Below, in pieces: positions 38,761 through 48,994 of a stretch of DNA of 64,000 bases (position 1 is its first letter; every line of letters begins with the position of its first letter). The notes below the pieces were generated by a model. It was not told the DNA's origin. It did not search any database and saw only the letters and a program-made list of their open reading frames with translations. This DNA is from an uncultured Nitrospiraceae bacterium (GTDB taxonomy: Bacteria; Nitrospirota; Thermodesulfovibrionia; Thermodesulfovibrionales; Dissulfurispiraceae): contig CAVSHF010000005.1 in the NCBI GenBank assembly GCA_963727805.1, positions 1,177,790 through 1,241,789 on the forward strand, given 5' to 3'. The translations under genes were made by a program, and so were the position numbers.

Positions 38761-39642
38761 TTACCACAACAACGGACTTTCGCCTTTTTTCTCCCTGAGC
38801 TGTCCGTTTACTTCCTCCCGGTATTTCTTAAGAAGAAGCCTTGCTATGTCGCCGGCCTTAAAGTAAGTGCTATTAACTCGCCGGACAGGCATTACCTCCA
38901 TGGTCGTATTCGTAATAAGGACTTCCGAAGCAGCGAAAAGATCCTCGGGCAGGAACTTCCCTTCCCTCACTGTCACGCCATTTCTTACAGCAAGGTCGAG
39001 GATGATAGCCCTCGTAATGCCGTCAAGAATACCGCATTCGACCGAGGGCGTACAGAGGATGTCATCCTTCACGAAGAAGATATTGCTTATCGTTCCTTCG
39101 GCAAGGTATCCCTCGGCATTCAGCATGATTGCCTCCTCAACATCAGCCTTTATCGCTTCTATTTTCGCCAGGATATTGTTCAGAAAATTGAGCGATTTGA
39201 TCTGAGGGTTGAGGGCTTCCTTACTATTTCTTCTCACCGAGGAGATGATAAGCTTTAAGCCCTCATCATAGTATGCTCGCGGATAATTCCTGAAATCATG
39301 AGCCATAACCACAAATGTTGGCACCCTGCAGAGAGCCGGATCTAGGCCTATAGGTCCTTCACCCCGCGATATCGTTAACCGGATATAAGCATTGGCCAGT
39401 CTGTTCGCATGAACTATTTCAAAAATAGCGAGTTTCACTTCTTCGATAGACTTCCCGATGTCGAGCCCGATGAGAGAGGCAGAGCGGAAAAGTCTCAGGA
39501 TGTGTTCGTCGACCATGAATACGACGCCGTCATAGGCGCGCATCGTTTCGTATACGCCGTCCCCGTACAAAAAACCGTGATCGAAGACCGATATCTTTGC
39601 CTCCGATGACGCAACAACCTTATCATTTAAATAAACATGCAT
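38761..39642 (-). CDS. Class IV PLP aminotransferase (IlvE/PabC/D-AAT)
   Basis: 'DHGFLYGDGVYET', 'KSLNFLNNILAK', 'EGTISNIF', 'LDGITR'. Confidence 0.9.
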   Translation of the reverse strand: MHVYLNDKVVASSEAKISVFDHGFLYGDGVYETMRAYDGVVFMVDEHILRLFRSASLIGLDIGKSIEEVKLAIFEIVHANRLANAYIRLTISRGEGPIGLDPALCRVPTFVVMAHDFRNYPRAYYDEGLKLIISSVRRNSKEALNPQIKSLNFLNNILAKIEAIKADVEEAIMLNAEGYLAEGTISNIFFVKDDILCTPSVECGILDGITRAIILDLAVRNGVTVREGKFLPEDLFAASEVLITNTTMEVMPVRRVNSTYFKAGDIARLLLKKYREEVNGQLREKKGESPLLW

Positions 39643-39697
39643 GTTGATCTAAAATGCCTCCCTTGACATATTTGATTCCTCCCTCAGAACGGTGACT

Positions 39698-40222
39698 TTA
39701 TGAGCATTCCTCTCCCACCTTCACAGCCGTTCCCACAAGTCTTTCAAAGAGACCCGGAATGCCTTCGATGTCCTTAATGTCCTTCTGGCATAGGACCCTT
39801 ATGATTTCTCTTAATGGCGCGAATTCTTCCCATAGCCCTTTGAGGTCTTCCGCCAGCGTCCGAAAGAGTTTTTCCCCCTTGTCGTCCCAGTCCATTAGGA
39901 GGATTACATGATGGAACTCTTCGGCGATTCCTTCGCAGAATTCATAAAGCCCTTTTCCCGCATGAAGCGTAATGATGTCCCCCACCAGCCCGATCCTGCG
40001 TAAAGCCTCGGTATCCCTGCGACCTTCGACAATAATGGGGACCCTCTTGTTCACCTCGTAGAGGGTCTGCAGGACCTCTCTCAACCTCTCTGCTCGCTCC
40101 GCATCAATACTATAGATGGCAAAGTCATGTGAGAGATCAGAGTGCCTGAAACAGAGCTCTTTATGGCCCTTTACTTTAGAAGAAGTCTTTCTCCGATCTG
40201 CTAGGGACGGCCGAGATCTCAT
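39698..40222 (-). CDS. Stand-alone Toprim-domain protein
   Basis: 'IIVEGRRD' and 'ILLMDWDDKGE' Toprim motifs; start uncertain. Confidence 0.8.
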   Translation of the reverse strand: MRSRPSLADRRKTSSKVKGHKELCFRHSDLSHDFAIYSIDAERAERLREVLQTLYEVNKRVPIIVEGRRDTEALRRIGLVGDIITLHAGKGLYEFCEGIAEEFHHVILLMDWDDKGEKLFRTLAEDLKGLWEEFAPLREIIRVLCQKDIKDIEGIPGLFERLVGTAVKVGEECS

Positions 40223-40227
40223 TCCCC

Positions 40228-40458
40228 TTATTCCACTGCCACAAAGGTTTCGGTGCGGTTAATACCTTTGATGGCCCTCACCTTTTTGAGGATATTGTCG
40301 AAGACATCGGACATAGTATTGGCCTCGAGTACTGCAACAATGTCATAATGGCCGGTTACTACATCGGCCATGGATACCCCCTTAATACCTCTCAGTGTGT
40401 CCCTGATTCCCCTATCTCTACCTGGCATCACATTAACGAGAATATAAACCCGCGCCAT
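40228..40458 (-). CDS. Lrp/AsnC ligand-binding-domain protein (no HTH)
   Basis: 'VYILVNV.PG', 'VVTGHYDIVAVLEA', 'RTETFV'. Confidence 0.85.
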   Translation of the reverse strand: MARVYILVNVMPGRDRGIRDTLRGIKGVSMADVVTGHYDIVAVLEANTMSDVFDNILKKVRAIKGINRTETFVAVE

Positions 40459-40474
40459 AGAAGCCTCCCGTTTA

Positions 40475-42367
40475 TTATTTCATTAACACAGACGGCGGTA
40501 TGTAGTCGCCGAACTGTATTTTCGCCTTCATCAGCCGTTTCTTCTGGGCTTCAAGCACCTCAAAAAGGATTCCCGGCGTGTCTGTCACCTGCGTTTTATA
40601 AAATTTCACAATACGCTCAATCTTAGCAAGATTTTCAGGTATGCGAACCGTAAACTGTTTAACGTAAGCGGCTTCGGAGTAATTCTTCTTCAGAGACTCG
40701 TTGAAAAGACGCTGAAGGTCGGCATAAAGTGGAATTCGGCCAGTTGGAGTTTCAATCGCGTCGACTTCTTTATTGACTCGCAATTCCATCCACTCAAACC
40801 ATACTTTTTTGTCATTGCGTTCATTCAGCCAGTTGCCGCTCTTGTCCAGCAGGAAATAATTGACTGAAAAGATCGGCGGCGTCCTGCTCAGCCACTCGCC
40901 GAACTTGATGTTCATCTCGATATACCTTCCTACCGGCACCGACAGAAAGTCGAGATTAGCCATCGGGTTAATTTCGCGCACTCCCTCCGCGCCGAGCGTT
41001 GCCGCAGTCGTCTCGGACTCAAGACCCGCACCTTTGGTAATAATGCCATGCACCCAGTCAAAAGCCTCCTCTACCGGCACACAGGTGTCAGAATCCCTGC
41101 CGCCGTAAACAATGCCGCCGATAGGGAGACCATTGGGATCATCGAGATGAGGATCAACATTCTTTAGAGTGCCGAGGCCCATGGTGAACCGCGCATTGGG
41201 ATGTGACGGCGGGATCTTCTTCCCTTTGGCATCGAGCTTACCGGGGAACCACTCACCCGCATAATTCCATCCCTTGGATGGCGCTTCGCCGTCCTTATCT
41301 ATCCAATACAGGTCACCGGATTCAGTTACCAGCACGTTCGAAAAGATGATTTCTCCTGGCGAATTGAGGGCATTCCAGAGTAATGGGTCGTCTTTGGAAT
41401 TGACGCCCTGTATGATTCCGAACATGCCGCGTTCGGTATTGACGGCGCGGACTTCTCCCTCCAATTTCCTTAGATAGGTGATGTCGTCGCCCACGATGCT
41501 CTCGCCTTCGAGCATCGCCGTCGAAGTCTTCCCGCACATCGAAGGATACGCACCAGTGAAATAGGTAGTCCTGCCTTTCGGGCCTTGAATACCGAGGACA
41601 AGCATGTGCTCTGTCAACCACCCTTGTTCCGATGCCTTGCGGATCGCTAGCCGCATCGCAAGCTTCTTGAGGCCGATCGAGTTGCCGCCATATTGCGTGT
41701 TGGTACTATATACCGTGTCGTGATAGAGGTCGACATAAATCCGCCTTTTATCGAGATTCTTACTCACCTTCCGCTCATCAACCTCTCCCTGTGAATGAAC
41801 AAACTTGAAGAACCCTGTAAGCATCCCGTTGCTTGCTCTGGTTACAAACTCTTGGTATCCGGACCTGTAAAGGAGAAATTCATTATGAACAACATAGCTG
41901 GAATCGGTGAGTTGAACACATGGAATAGTAAAAGGCGAATTAGAGGGGCCGAGGCAATAAAAGGAGATAAAGAGTTGCTTGCCCTTCATGATATTCTTGA
42001 GGATTTCATGCACTTCAGCATACCCCTCGTCCCGGTCCTTGGTGTCGATCGCAGGACCCAGGTCGACACCTTTGGGCACAAGAATCCGTGTGTTCTTTTT
42101 GTCGCGCCCCTGATCCCCGCTATTGTCGAAGTGAAAAGTATGTCCGCTAATGGCGAGGCTGCCCTCTTCTCCCGCCTTGATCGATGCGTTTCTCACATAA
42201 GCGATAGATTCACTGGTGTCGTCATTGACGAAGACGCTGTCGGGCTTGCAGAGATTTATATATTCTGCAACAAACCGCTGAAGATCCTGATTATCCACCC
42301 CCATCAATTTCCTGTAATTTGATTCATCGAGATGTTTTTTCAGTGTTTTTAAGGCTATTTCGTCCAT
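40475..42367 (-). CDS. pckG: Phosphoenolpyruvate carboxykinase (GTP)
   Basis: 'YGGNSIGLKK', 'EHML', 'YPSMCGKTSTAM', 'VGDDI', 'HPNARF', 'YGGRD'. Confidence 0.92.
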   Translation of the reverse strand: MDEIALKTLKKHLDESNYRKLMGVDNQDLQRFVAEYINLCKPDSVFVNDDTSESIAYVRNASIKAGEEGSLAISGHTFHFDNSGDQGRDKKNTRILVPKGVDLGPAIDTKDRDEGYAEVHEILKNIMKGKQLFISFYCLGPSNSPFTIPCVQLTDSSYVVHNEFLLYRSGYQEFVTRASNGMLTGFFKFVHSQGEVDERKVSKNLDKRRIYVDLYHDTVYSTNTQYGGNSIGLKKLAMRLAIRKASEQGWLTEHMLVLGIQGPKGRTTYFTGAYPSMCGKTSTAMLEGESIVGDDITYLRKLEGEVRAVNTERGMFGIIQGVNSKDDPLLWNALNSPGEIIFSNVLVTESGDLYWIDKDGEAPSKGWNYAGEWFPGKLDAKGKKIPPSHPNARFTMGLGTLKNVDPHLDDPNGLPIGGIVYGGRDSDTCVPVEEAFDWVHGIITKGAGLESETTAATLGAEGVREINPMANLDFLSVPVGRYIEMNIKFGEWLSRTPPIFSVNYFLLDKSGNWLNERNDKKVWFEWMELRVNKEVDAIETPTGRIPLYADLQRLFNESLKKNYSEAAYVKQFTVRIPENLAKIERIVKFYKTQVTDTPGILFEVLEAQKKRLMKAKIQFGDYIPPSVLMK

Positions 42368-42477
42368 TTCCCCTCCGGTGCAATAGGTTGTCATCAATTA
42401 TACAATATCGGCACTTTTCAATACGTGTTATAATTGTAGTTCAAATTACAGGGCAAAAAATGTAATAATATAGTCTT

Positions 42478-43893
42478 ATGTTCAAAAAAGTGTTAATTGC
42501 AAATAGGGGAGAGATCGCCCTAAGGATTATAAGGGCCTGCAAGGAGCTCGGCATAAGGACCGTTGCTATCCACTCCGAGGCAGACTCGACCGCCCGTTTT
42601 GTTAAGAAAGCGGACGAAGGCTACCTTGTGGGGCCGGGACCTGTCAGCGGCTACCTGAACATTTACGGCATTGTGGATCTAGCAAAACAGGTCGGAGCTG
42701 ATGCCATACACCCAGGCTACGGATTTTTGTCCGAGAATGCGGACTTTGCCAAGGCCTGTGCTGAAGCCGGTATCACTTTCATCGGTCCATCTCCGCAAGC
42801 GATAATGGGAATGGGCCTTAAGATCGAGGCCCGAAACAGGATGAAATCCCTCGGGGTGCCCGTGATCCCAGGCTCCGAAGCCATCGGGGACATGAAAGAA
42901 GCATTAAAGACAGCTAGAGAGATCGGATACCCTGTCATGTTGAAGGCATCGGCAGGCGGCGGCGGCAGGGGACTCAGAGTCTGCCGAGGCGACGCCGATG
43001 TCAAGCGCCAGATGCCGATTGCCCAGTCAGAGGCCTTTAAGGCCTTTGGTAACAGCAGCGTCTTCATCGAAAAGTACCTCGAAGAACCACATCATATTGA
43101 ATTCCAGATTGTGGCCGACAAGTTCGGCACCATCGTGCACCTGGGCGAGCGGGACTGCTCGATCCAAAGGAGGCACCAAAAGCTGATCGAGATAGCCCCA
43201 TCTCTCTTACTTGACGAGACCCTGAGGCAGGAGATGGGCGAAGCCGCTCTCAAGGCCGCCCGATCAGTAAATTATGACAGCGTAGGAACCGTCGAGTTCC
43301 TTGTTGATAAAGAAAGGAACTTCTATTTCCTCGAAATGAACACGAGGATACAGGTGGAACACACTATCACCGAAGAGATCACCGGAATAGACCTTGTCCA
43401 GACGATGATCAGATCCGCCGCCGGGGAGAGGCTATCTTTCACTCAGAAAGAGATAACTCTCTCCGGTTACGCGATTCAATGCAGAATCAATGCAGAAGAC
43501 CCACTTAATGATTTCATGCCCGTCACCGGTACTGTTACGTCCTATTATTCACCAGGTGGATTCGGAGTGAGGATAGACGGTCATGTTTACAGAGGCTACA
43601 CGGTACCTCCTTATTATGACTCCATGCTACTGAAACAGGTCGTGTGGGGAAGGACTTGGGATGAAGCGGTAAGCCGGATGCGCCGTTGCCTTGGCGAATA
43701 TGTTATCCGCGGAATCAAAACCACTATACCTTTCTACATCCAGATAATGGACGATCGAATCTTCAGAAGCGGTGAATTCAGCACAAATTATATAGAGGAG
43801 CGCCTACCGCTCCTTCTCTACTGGCAGGACCGTGACCCTATGGACCTTGTAGTAAGCATTGCTGCTGCCGTTGTTGCGCACAGCAAACTATAA
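42478..43893 (+). CDS. pycA: Pyruvate carboxylase subunit A (biotin carboxylase)
   Basis: 'IANRGEIA', 'HPGYGFLSEN', 'GGGGRG', 'RDCSIQRRHQK', 'EMNTRIQVEH'; paired with carboxyltransferase. Confidence 0.85.
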   Translation: MFKKVLIANRGEIALRIIRACKELGIRTVAIHSEADSTARFVKKADEGYLVGPGPVSGYLNIYGIVDLAKQVGADAIHPGYGFLSENADFAKACAEAGITFIGPSPQAIMGMGLKIEARNRMKSLGVPVIPGSEAIGDMKEALKTAREIGYPVMLKASAGGGGRGLRVCRGDADVKRQMPIAQSEAFKAFGNSSVFIEKYLEEPHHIEFQIVADKFGTIVHLGERDCSIQRRHQKLIEIAPSLLLDETLRQEMGEAALKAARSVNYDSVGTVEFLVDKERNFYFLEMNTRIQVEHTITEEITGIDLVQTMIRSAAGERLSFTQKEITLSGYAIQCRINAEDPLNDFMPVTGTVTSYYSPGGFGVRIDGHVYRGYTVPPYYDSMLLKQVVWGRTWDEAVSRMRRCLGEYVIRGIKTTIPFYIQIMDDRIFRSGEFSTNYIEERLPLLLYWQDRDPMDLVVSIAAAVVAHSKL

Positions 43894-43897
43894 AACC

Positions 43898-44015
43898 AAG
43901 TGAGAAGCAAGAAGTAAAGAGTAAAAAGTGGGAAGGCAAAGAGCGAAGAAGTCATGTGTGCTGTCATTCTGATTTTGTCTTTTACTTGTTGCTTCCTACT
44001 TCATATTTCGTGCTT
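43898..44015. repeat. Degenerate 7-bp tandem repeats in two inverted arms
   Basis: AAGTGAG AAGCAAG AAGTAAA GAGTAAA AAGTGGG... then TTTACTT GTTGCTT CCTACTT CATATTT CGTGCTT. Confidence 0.65.
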
Positions 44016-44035
44016 CAAATATTGAGGTGAAGACA

Positions 44036-45871
44036 ATGAAACCTATGATGAAACCTATAAAGATCATGGATACCACCTTTAGGGACGCACATCAAAGCCT
44101 TCTGGCTACAAGGATGCACCTTGAGGACCTGCTGCCGATAGCCGAAAAGGTCGACTCTCTCGGCTTCTGGTCTGTCGAAGTCTGGGGAGGTGCGACCTTT
44201 GACACCTGCCTTAGGTTCCTTCGAGAAGACCCTTGGGAGAGGCTGCGAGCGTTGAAAGCTGCCTTCAAAAAGACACCTCTCCAGATGCTACTCAGGGGCC
44301 AGAATGTGGTTGGATACCGACATTATGCCGACGACGTTGTTGAAAGATTCGTTGCAAAAATGATCGAAAACGGTATCACCGTGGCAAGGATATTCGATGC
44401 CCTGAACGATCTCAGAAACATCAAAACAGCGGTCAAAGCAACCCTCAAACATGGCGGCAAGGTTGAAGCCGCTTTCTGCTATACCCTCGGCCCGATTTAT
44501 ACTAACGATTTCTTTGTTGACCTCGCTCAGAGGCTTGAAGACATGGGTGCCGACACCATCTGCATAAAGGACATGGCTGGGTTGCTCTCTCCATTAGATG
44601 CATTTGACCTCGTCTGGAAGCTTAAACAGAAAGTTGCCCTACCGATTCACCTGCATACTCACGATACTAGCGGCATGGCCGTCGCTACAACGCTGAAGGC
44701 AATTGAGGCGGGCGTCGATATCATAGACACCTCTATCTCATCCATGGCGTCAGGAACGAGCCAGCCACCGCTCGAGACGATCTGCAACATCCTGCGTGAC
44801 ACAGTTTACGATCCCTCATGCGATTTCAGGACCATGAGCGAGATCGCCGAGCATTTCAGAAATGTGAGAAAGAAATACCAAGCCTTTGAAAGCGCATACA
44901 CCGGCGTCGATCCCAATGCGCTCATATATCAGGTGCCGGGAGGCATGCTCTCCAATCTAGCAAATCAGCTCCGGGACCAGAACGCTCTTGACCGTATGGA
45001 AGAGGTGATGAACGAAGTGCCGAAAGTGAGGGAGGAGTTCGGGTATCCACCCCTTGTAACACCTTCGAGTCAGATCGTCGGCACGCAAGCAACGCTCAAT
45101 GTGCTTACCGGCGAACGCTATAAGGTCGTCACAAGCGAAACGAAGAATTATCTCAAAGGCCTTTACGGAAAGCCTCCTGCTCCGGTCAGCGAAGAGTTGC
45201 GGGCGAAGGTGTTGGGGGATGAAGAAGTAATTACCGTCAGACCCGCTAAACTCCTGGAACCCGAGCTTGAAAACGCACGCAAGGAACTGGGAGATAAAGC
45301 AAAGAGCGAAGAAGACGTTCTATCATATGCGCTTTTCCCAAAGATATTCCTTGAGTTTGTGGGACTCAGGGAAAAGGGGTTCCCCGCCGAGGAACCCAAG
45401 TCTGATGACCTGCAATCCAAGGCAGAAGGAGCTCAGCTCGCACCATCGGAGTTCATGATTCATGTCCATGGAGAAGCATATCACATTAAGGTCGGGGGGA
45501 AAGGCCATAAATCCGAGGGTAAGCGGCCTTATTTCCTTTATGTCGACAACCAGCTAGTCGAGGTTCTCGTTGAACCGCTAGTCGAAGTAATCGCGACCGA
45601 CGAGGGGAAAATTGACATGAAGGCCACAGGGCAATCGATACGGCCGAAAGCCCAGGAGCCCGGTGACATTACTACTGCCATGCCGGGTTCGGTGGTGAAA
45701 ATAAAGATTAAAAAAGGCGAGAAGGTAAAGGCCGGTGATACCATTCTTATCGTTGAAGCTATGAAGATGGAAAACGAAATCCATACCCCGATAGACGGCA
45801 CTGTCGAGACCATTTACGTCTCCGAGGGCGATATGGTAAATCCCGACGAGGTCTTGGTGCGGGTGAAGTAG
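44036..45871 (+). CDS. pycB: Pyruvate carboxylase subunit B (carboxyltransferase + biotin carrier; OadA-like)
   Basis: 'RDAHQSLLATRM', 'WGGATFD', 'IKDMAG', 'HTHDT', biotinylation motif 'EAMKM'. Confidence 0.85.
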   Translation: MKPMMKPIKIMDTTFRDAHQSLLATRMHLEDLLPIAEKVDSLGFWSVEVWGGATFDTCLRFLREDPWERLRALKAAFKKTPLQMLLRGQNVVGYRHYADDVVERFVAKMIENGITVARIFDALNDLRNIKTAVKATLKHGGKVEAAFCYTLGPIYTNDFFVDLAQRLEDMGADTICIKDMAGLLSPLDAFDLVWKLKQKVALPIHLHTHDTSGMAVATTLKAIEAGVDIIDTSISSMASGTSQPPLETICNILRDTVYDPSCDFRTMSEIAEHFRNVRKKYQAFESAYTGVDPNALIYQVPGGMLSNLANQLRDQNALDRMEEVMNEVPKVREEFGYPPLVTPSSQIVGTQATLNVLTGERYKVVTSETKNYLKGLYGKPPAPVSEELRAKVLGDEEVITVRPAKLLEPELENARKELGDKAKSEEDVLSYALFPKIFLEFVGLREKGFPAEEPKSDDLQSKAEGAQLAPSEFMIHVHGEAYHIKVGGKGHKSEGKRPYFLYVDNQLVEVLVEPLVEVIATDEGKIDMKATGQSIRPKAQEPGDITTAMPGSVVKIKIKKGEKVKAGDTILIVEAMKMENEIHTPIDGTVETIYVSEGDMVNPDEVLVRVK

Positions 45872-45884
45872 TATCGAGACCTCA

Positions 45885-46553
45885 ATGGATTTTGGACATA
45901 TAATTCAGCAAATCGTCATATCAATCATTCCTATCCTCATGGCGGTGATTCTTCATGAGGTTTCGCACGGTTTCGTAGCAAACAAGTTGGGCGATCCTAC
46001 GGCAAGGATGATGGGACGCCTGACGCTGAACCCGATATCTCATATCGATCCCTTCGGCACTATTTTAATGCCTCTGTTCCTTTATGCCTTTACTAACGGA
46101 CAGTTTGTGTTCGGCTACGCAAAGCCTGTACCAATCAATCCCCTCAATTTTAAAAATCCCAAGCGCGACATGGCCATCTCTGCTGCTGCCGGTCCACTAA
46201 CGAATATTCTCCTTGCAATCGTCAGTGTCCTGTTGCTGAAACATGTTATGGACCCCATGTCGATGTTGCTCCCGTCGTCAACAGTCACAGTGATATTTAA
46301 GCCGCTTGCCATGATGCTTCAGGCGAGCATAGTTATAAACGTGGTGCTAGCAGTCTTCAATATGATACCAATCCCTCCCCTCGACGGCGGGAGGGTTCTG
46401 ATGGGCCTGCTGCCTTATCAACAGGCAATGACGTTGGGACGCATCGAGCCTTTCGGATTTATTATCGTTTTGGGTCTTCTGATAACGCACATAGCCGACG
46501 TTATCATATATCCGGTAATATTGTTTGTCTTCAGCCTTTTGAATTTGTTGTAA
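45885..46553 (+). CDS. Site-2 protease, peptidase M50
   Basis: HEVSH, 'AAGPLTN', 'NMIPIPPLDGG'. Confidence 0.92.
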   Translation: MDFGHIIQQIVISIIPILMAVILHEVSHGFVANKLGDPTARMMGRLTLNPISHIDPFGTILMPLFLYAFTNGQFVFGYAKPVPINPLNFKNPKRDMAISAAAGPLTNILLAIVSVLLLKHVMDPMSMLLPSSTVTVIFKPLAMMLQASIVINVVLAVFNMIPIPPLDGGRVLMGLLPYQQAMTLGRIEPFGFIIVLGLLITHIADVIIYPVILFVFSLLNLL

Positions 46554-46579
46554 GCGGCATATGCATTGAAGGAGGGATA

Positions 46580-47575
46580 ATGCAGAAAGAGCGTGTATTG
46601 AGCGGCATGCAGGCCAGCGGCAAGGTGCATCTGGGCAATCTTGTCGGGGCGCTGAACAACTGGGTGAATTTGCAGGATAAATACGACTGTTTCTATTTTG
46701 TAGCCGACTGGCATGCGCTCACTACAAGTTATGCAAATCCTGCTTCTATAAAGGAGAGCACGAAAGATCTTCTCGTCAATTTCATAGCAGCCGGTCTCGA
46801 TCCTGAGAAGTCGACTATCTTCATCCAGTCGATGGTCCCGCAACATGCGGAACTGCACCTGCTGCTGTCGATGATCACTCCGCTAGGCTGGCTCGAAAGG
46901 GTCCCCACTTATAAAGAGAAGCAGTTGGAACTCAAGGAAAAGGATCTTTCTACCTACGGGTTCCTGGGATATCCGGTATTGCAAACCGCCGATATCATCA
47001 TGTATCGAGCAAAGCATGTACCGGTCGGCATTGATCAATTGCCTCACCTAGAGATTTCGCGTGAAATCGCGCGCAGGTTCAATTTTCAATATCGCGAGGT
47101 ATTCCCCGAACCCGAAGGCCTGCTCACTGAGTTTCCGAAAGTGCCCGGTCTCGATGGAAGGAAGATGTCGAAGAGTTACGACAACGCAATTTATCTCAGC
47201 GATACCCCCGAAGTTATAGAGCAAAAGATACGGACCATGATGACCGACCCGGCCCGCAAGAGAAAGACCGATATCGGCGACCCTGAATTATCCCCTGTCT
47301 ATCATCTACACAAGATATTCTCTTCACCGGAGGAGATCGAATACATCACCCATGGATGCAGGACTGCCGGCATAGGGTGCATTGAATGCAAGAAAGTTCT
47401 TATCAAGAATGTATTTGCTTATCTCGAACCGATATGGAAGAGGCGTGCTGATCTGATAAATAATCCGGACATGCTTTATGCCATCGCGAAAAAGGGTTCC
47501 GAGAAGGCGACAATAGTCGCCGAAGAAACCATGAAGGTTGTCAGGGAGATCATGGGACTTGCATCTGAGAGATGA
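46580..47575 (+). CDS. trpS: Tryptophanyl-tRNA synthetase
   Basis: 'HLGN', 'YPVLQTADI', 'VPVGIDQ', 'KMSKS'. Confidence 0.96.
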   Translation: MQKERVLSGMQASGKVHLGNLVGALNNWVNLQDKYDCFYFVADWHALTTSYANPASIKESTKDLLVNFIAAGLDPEKSTIFIQSMVPQHAELHLLLSMITPLGWLERVPTYKEKQLELKEKDLSTYGFLGYPVLQTADIIMYRAKHVPVGIDQLPHLEISREIARRFNFQYREVFPEPEGLLTEFPKVPGLDGRKMSKSYDNAIYLSDTPEVIEQKIRTMMTDPARKRKTDIGDPELSPVYHLHKIFSSPEEIEYITHGCRTAGIGCIECKKVLIKNVFAYLEPIWKRRADLINNPDMLYAIAKKGSEKATIVAEETMKVVREIMGLASER

Positions 47576-47581
47576 GGTGCT

Positions 47582-48961
47582 GTGAGCTATCTCGATCAAA
47601 TACTCCGACTCGAAGAAACAGATAAGAAATACATTTGGCACCCCTTTACCCAGATGAAGGATTGGCTTGACGAAAAGCCCATCATCATCACTGAGGGCCG
47701 TGACTGCTTTGTTAAAGATACATTTGGACGATGGTATATTGATGGCGTGTCTTCGCTTTGGGTAAATATTCACGGCCACCGCAGAAGAGAGATCGACGAT
47801 GCAATCCGCATGCAACTCGACAAGATCGCCCATTCGACTCTGCTGGGCCTCAGCAATGTCCCTTCGATTGACCTCGCTGAGAAGCTTATAGGGCTTACAG
47901 ACGCTTCTTTTAATGGCCTTAATTTACGTTTATCAAAAGTCTTCTATTCCGACAACGGCTCCACTGCGGTCGAAGTTGCACTTAAAATGGCCTATCAGTA
48001 CTGGATTCACAGGGGGGGATCTAAACGGAACTCATTTCTCTCGCTCAAAAATGGCTATCATGGCGACACCATCGGAGCGATGAGCGTCGGCGGTGTCGAT
48101 ATTTTTCATAGCGTTTTCAAACCCCTTCTTTTCAAAACCTACCAAGCTCCCTCCCCATATTGCTACCGGTGCGAACTAAAGCGGATATATCCTGGATGCT
48201 CCTTTGCTTGCTTAAGAGAAATGGAACATTTACTCCAAGGCCACGCAGAAGAAATCGCTGCCGTTGTCATCGAACCGATCGTCCAAGCTGCAGGGGGCAT
48301 GATCGTCTGGCCCAACGGGTATCTAAGCGGCGTAAGAGACCTCTGCACAAAATACAACACCCTTTTGATTGCAGATGAGGTCGCGACAGGCTTTGGACGG
48401 ACGGGGAATATATTCGCATGTGAGCATGAGAGTATCGTCCCCGACATCATGTGCCTGTCGAAAGGAATCACCAACGGCTATATGCCCCTTGCGGTCACTT
48501 TGGCGACCGATGAGGTTTATGATGCATTTCTTGGGGAATTCAAGGACATGAAGACTTTTTTTCACGGCCACTCCTATACCGGTAATCCTCTTGCCTGCGC
48601 TGCTGCCATCGCCTCGCTCGATATATTTGCGAAAGACAAAACACTCACAACAATGGTCCAGAAAAGTGCTATAATTGATAACAAATTGGCAGAGATGGGG
48701 CAACTGGCCCATGTTGGAAATGTGCGGCAAAAAGGGCTTATTGCAGCTGTCGAACTTGTGAAGGACAGGGGGACTAAAGACCCTTACCCATGGGAAGATA
48801 GAATAGGCTGGAAGGTTGCCTATAAAGCCCGTGAAAATGGAGTTCTTATCAGGCCCCTCGGGAATGTGATCGTCATAATGCCTCCTCTAAGTATACGCAT
48901 TGGTGATCTGAATCACTTGCTGGATGTGATAAAACAATCTATAATTGCAGTAACTGGCTAA
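47582..48961 (+). CDS. bioA: Adenosylmethionine-8-amino-7-oxononanoate aminotransferase
   Basis: 'IWHPFTQM', 'SSLWVNIHGH', 'SDNGSTAVEVALKMA', 'DEVATGFGRTG', 'FFHGHSYTGNP'. Confidence 0.94.
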   Translation: MSYLDQILRLEETDKKYIWHPFTQMKDWLDEKPIIITEGRDCFVKDTFGRWYIDGVSSLWVNIHGHRRREIDDAIRMQLDKIAHSTLLGLSNVPSIDLAEKLIGLTDASFNGLNLRLSKVFYSDNGSTAVEVALKMAYQYWIHRGGSKRNSFLSLKNGYHGDTIGAMSVGGVDIFHSVFKPLLFKTYQAPSPYCYRCELKRIYPGCSFACLREMEHLLQGHAEEIAAVVIEPIVQAAGGMIVWPNGYLSGVRDLCTKYNTLLIADEVATGFGRTGNIFACEHESIVPDIMCLSKGITNGYMPLAVTLATDEVYDAFLGEFKDMKTFFHGHSYTGNPLACAAAIASLDIFAKDKTLTTMVQKSAIIDNKLAEMGQLAHVGNVRQKGLIAAVELVKDRGTKDPYPWEDRIGWKVAYKARENGVLIRPLGNVIVIMPPLSIRIGDLNHLLDVIKQSIIAVTG

Positions 48962-48994
48962 TTGATGAAATAACCTATGTGTCCAGGAGGGACG

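Noticed and set aside
42478..45871. 2-oxoglutarate carboxylase (cfiAB) or Na+-pumping oxaloacetate decarboxylase
   Set aside because: The RDAHQSLLATRM motif fits the pyruvate carboxylase/OadA type, it is paired with a biotin carboxylase, and there is no oadB/oadG.
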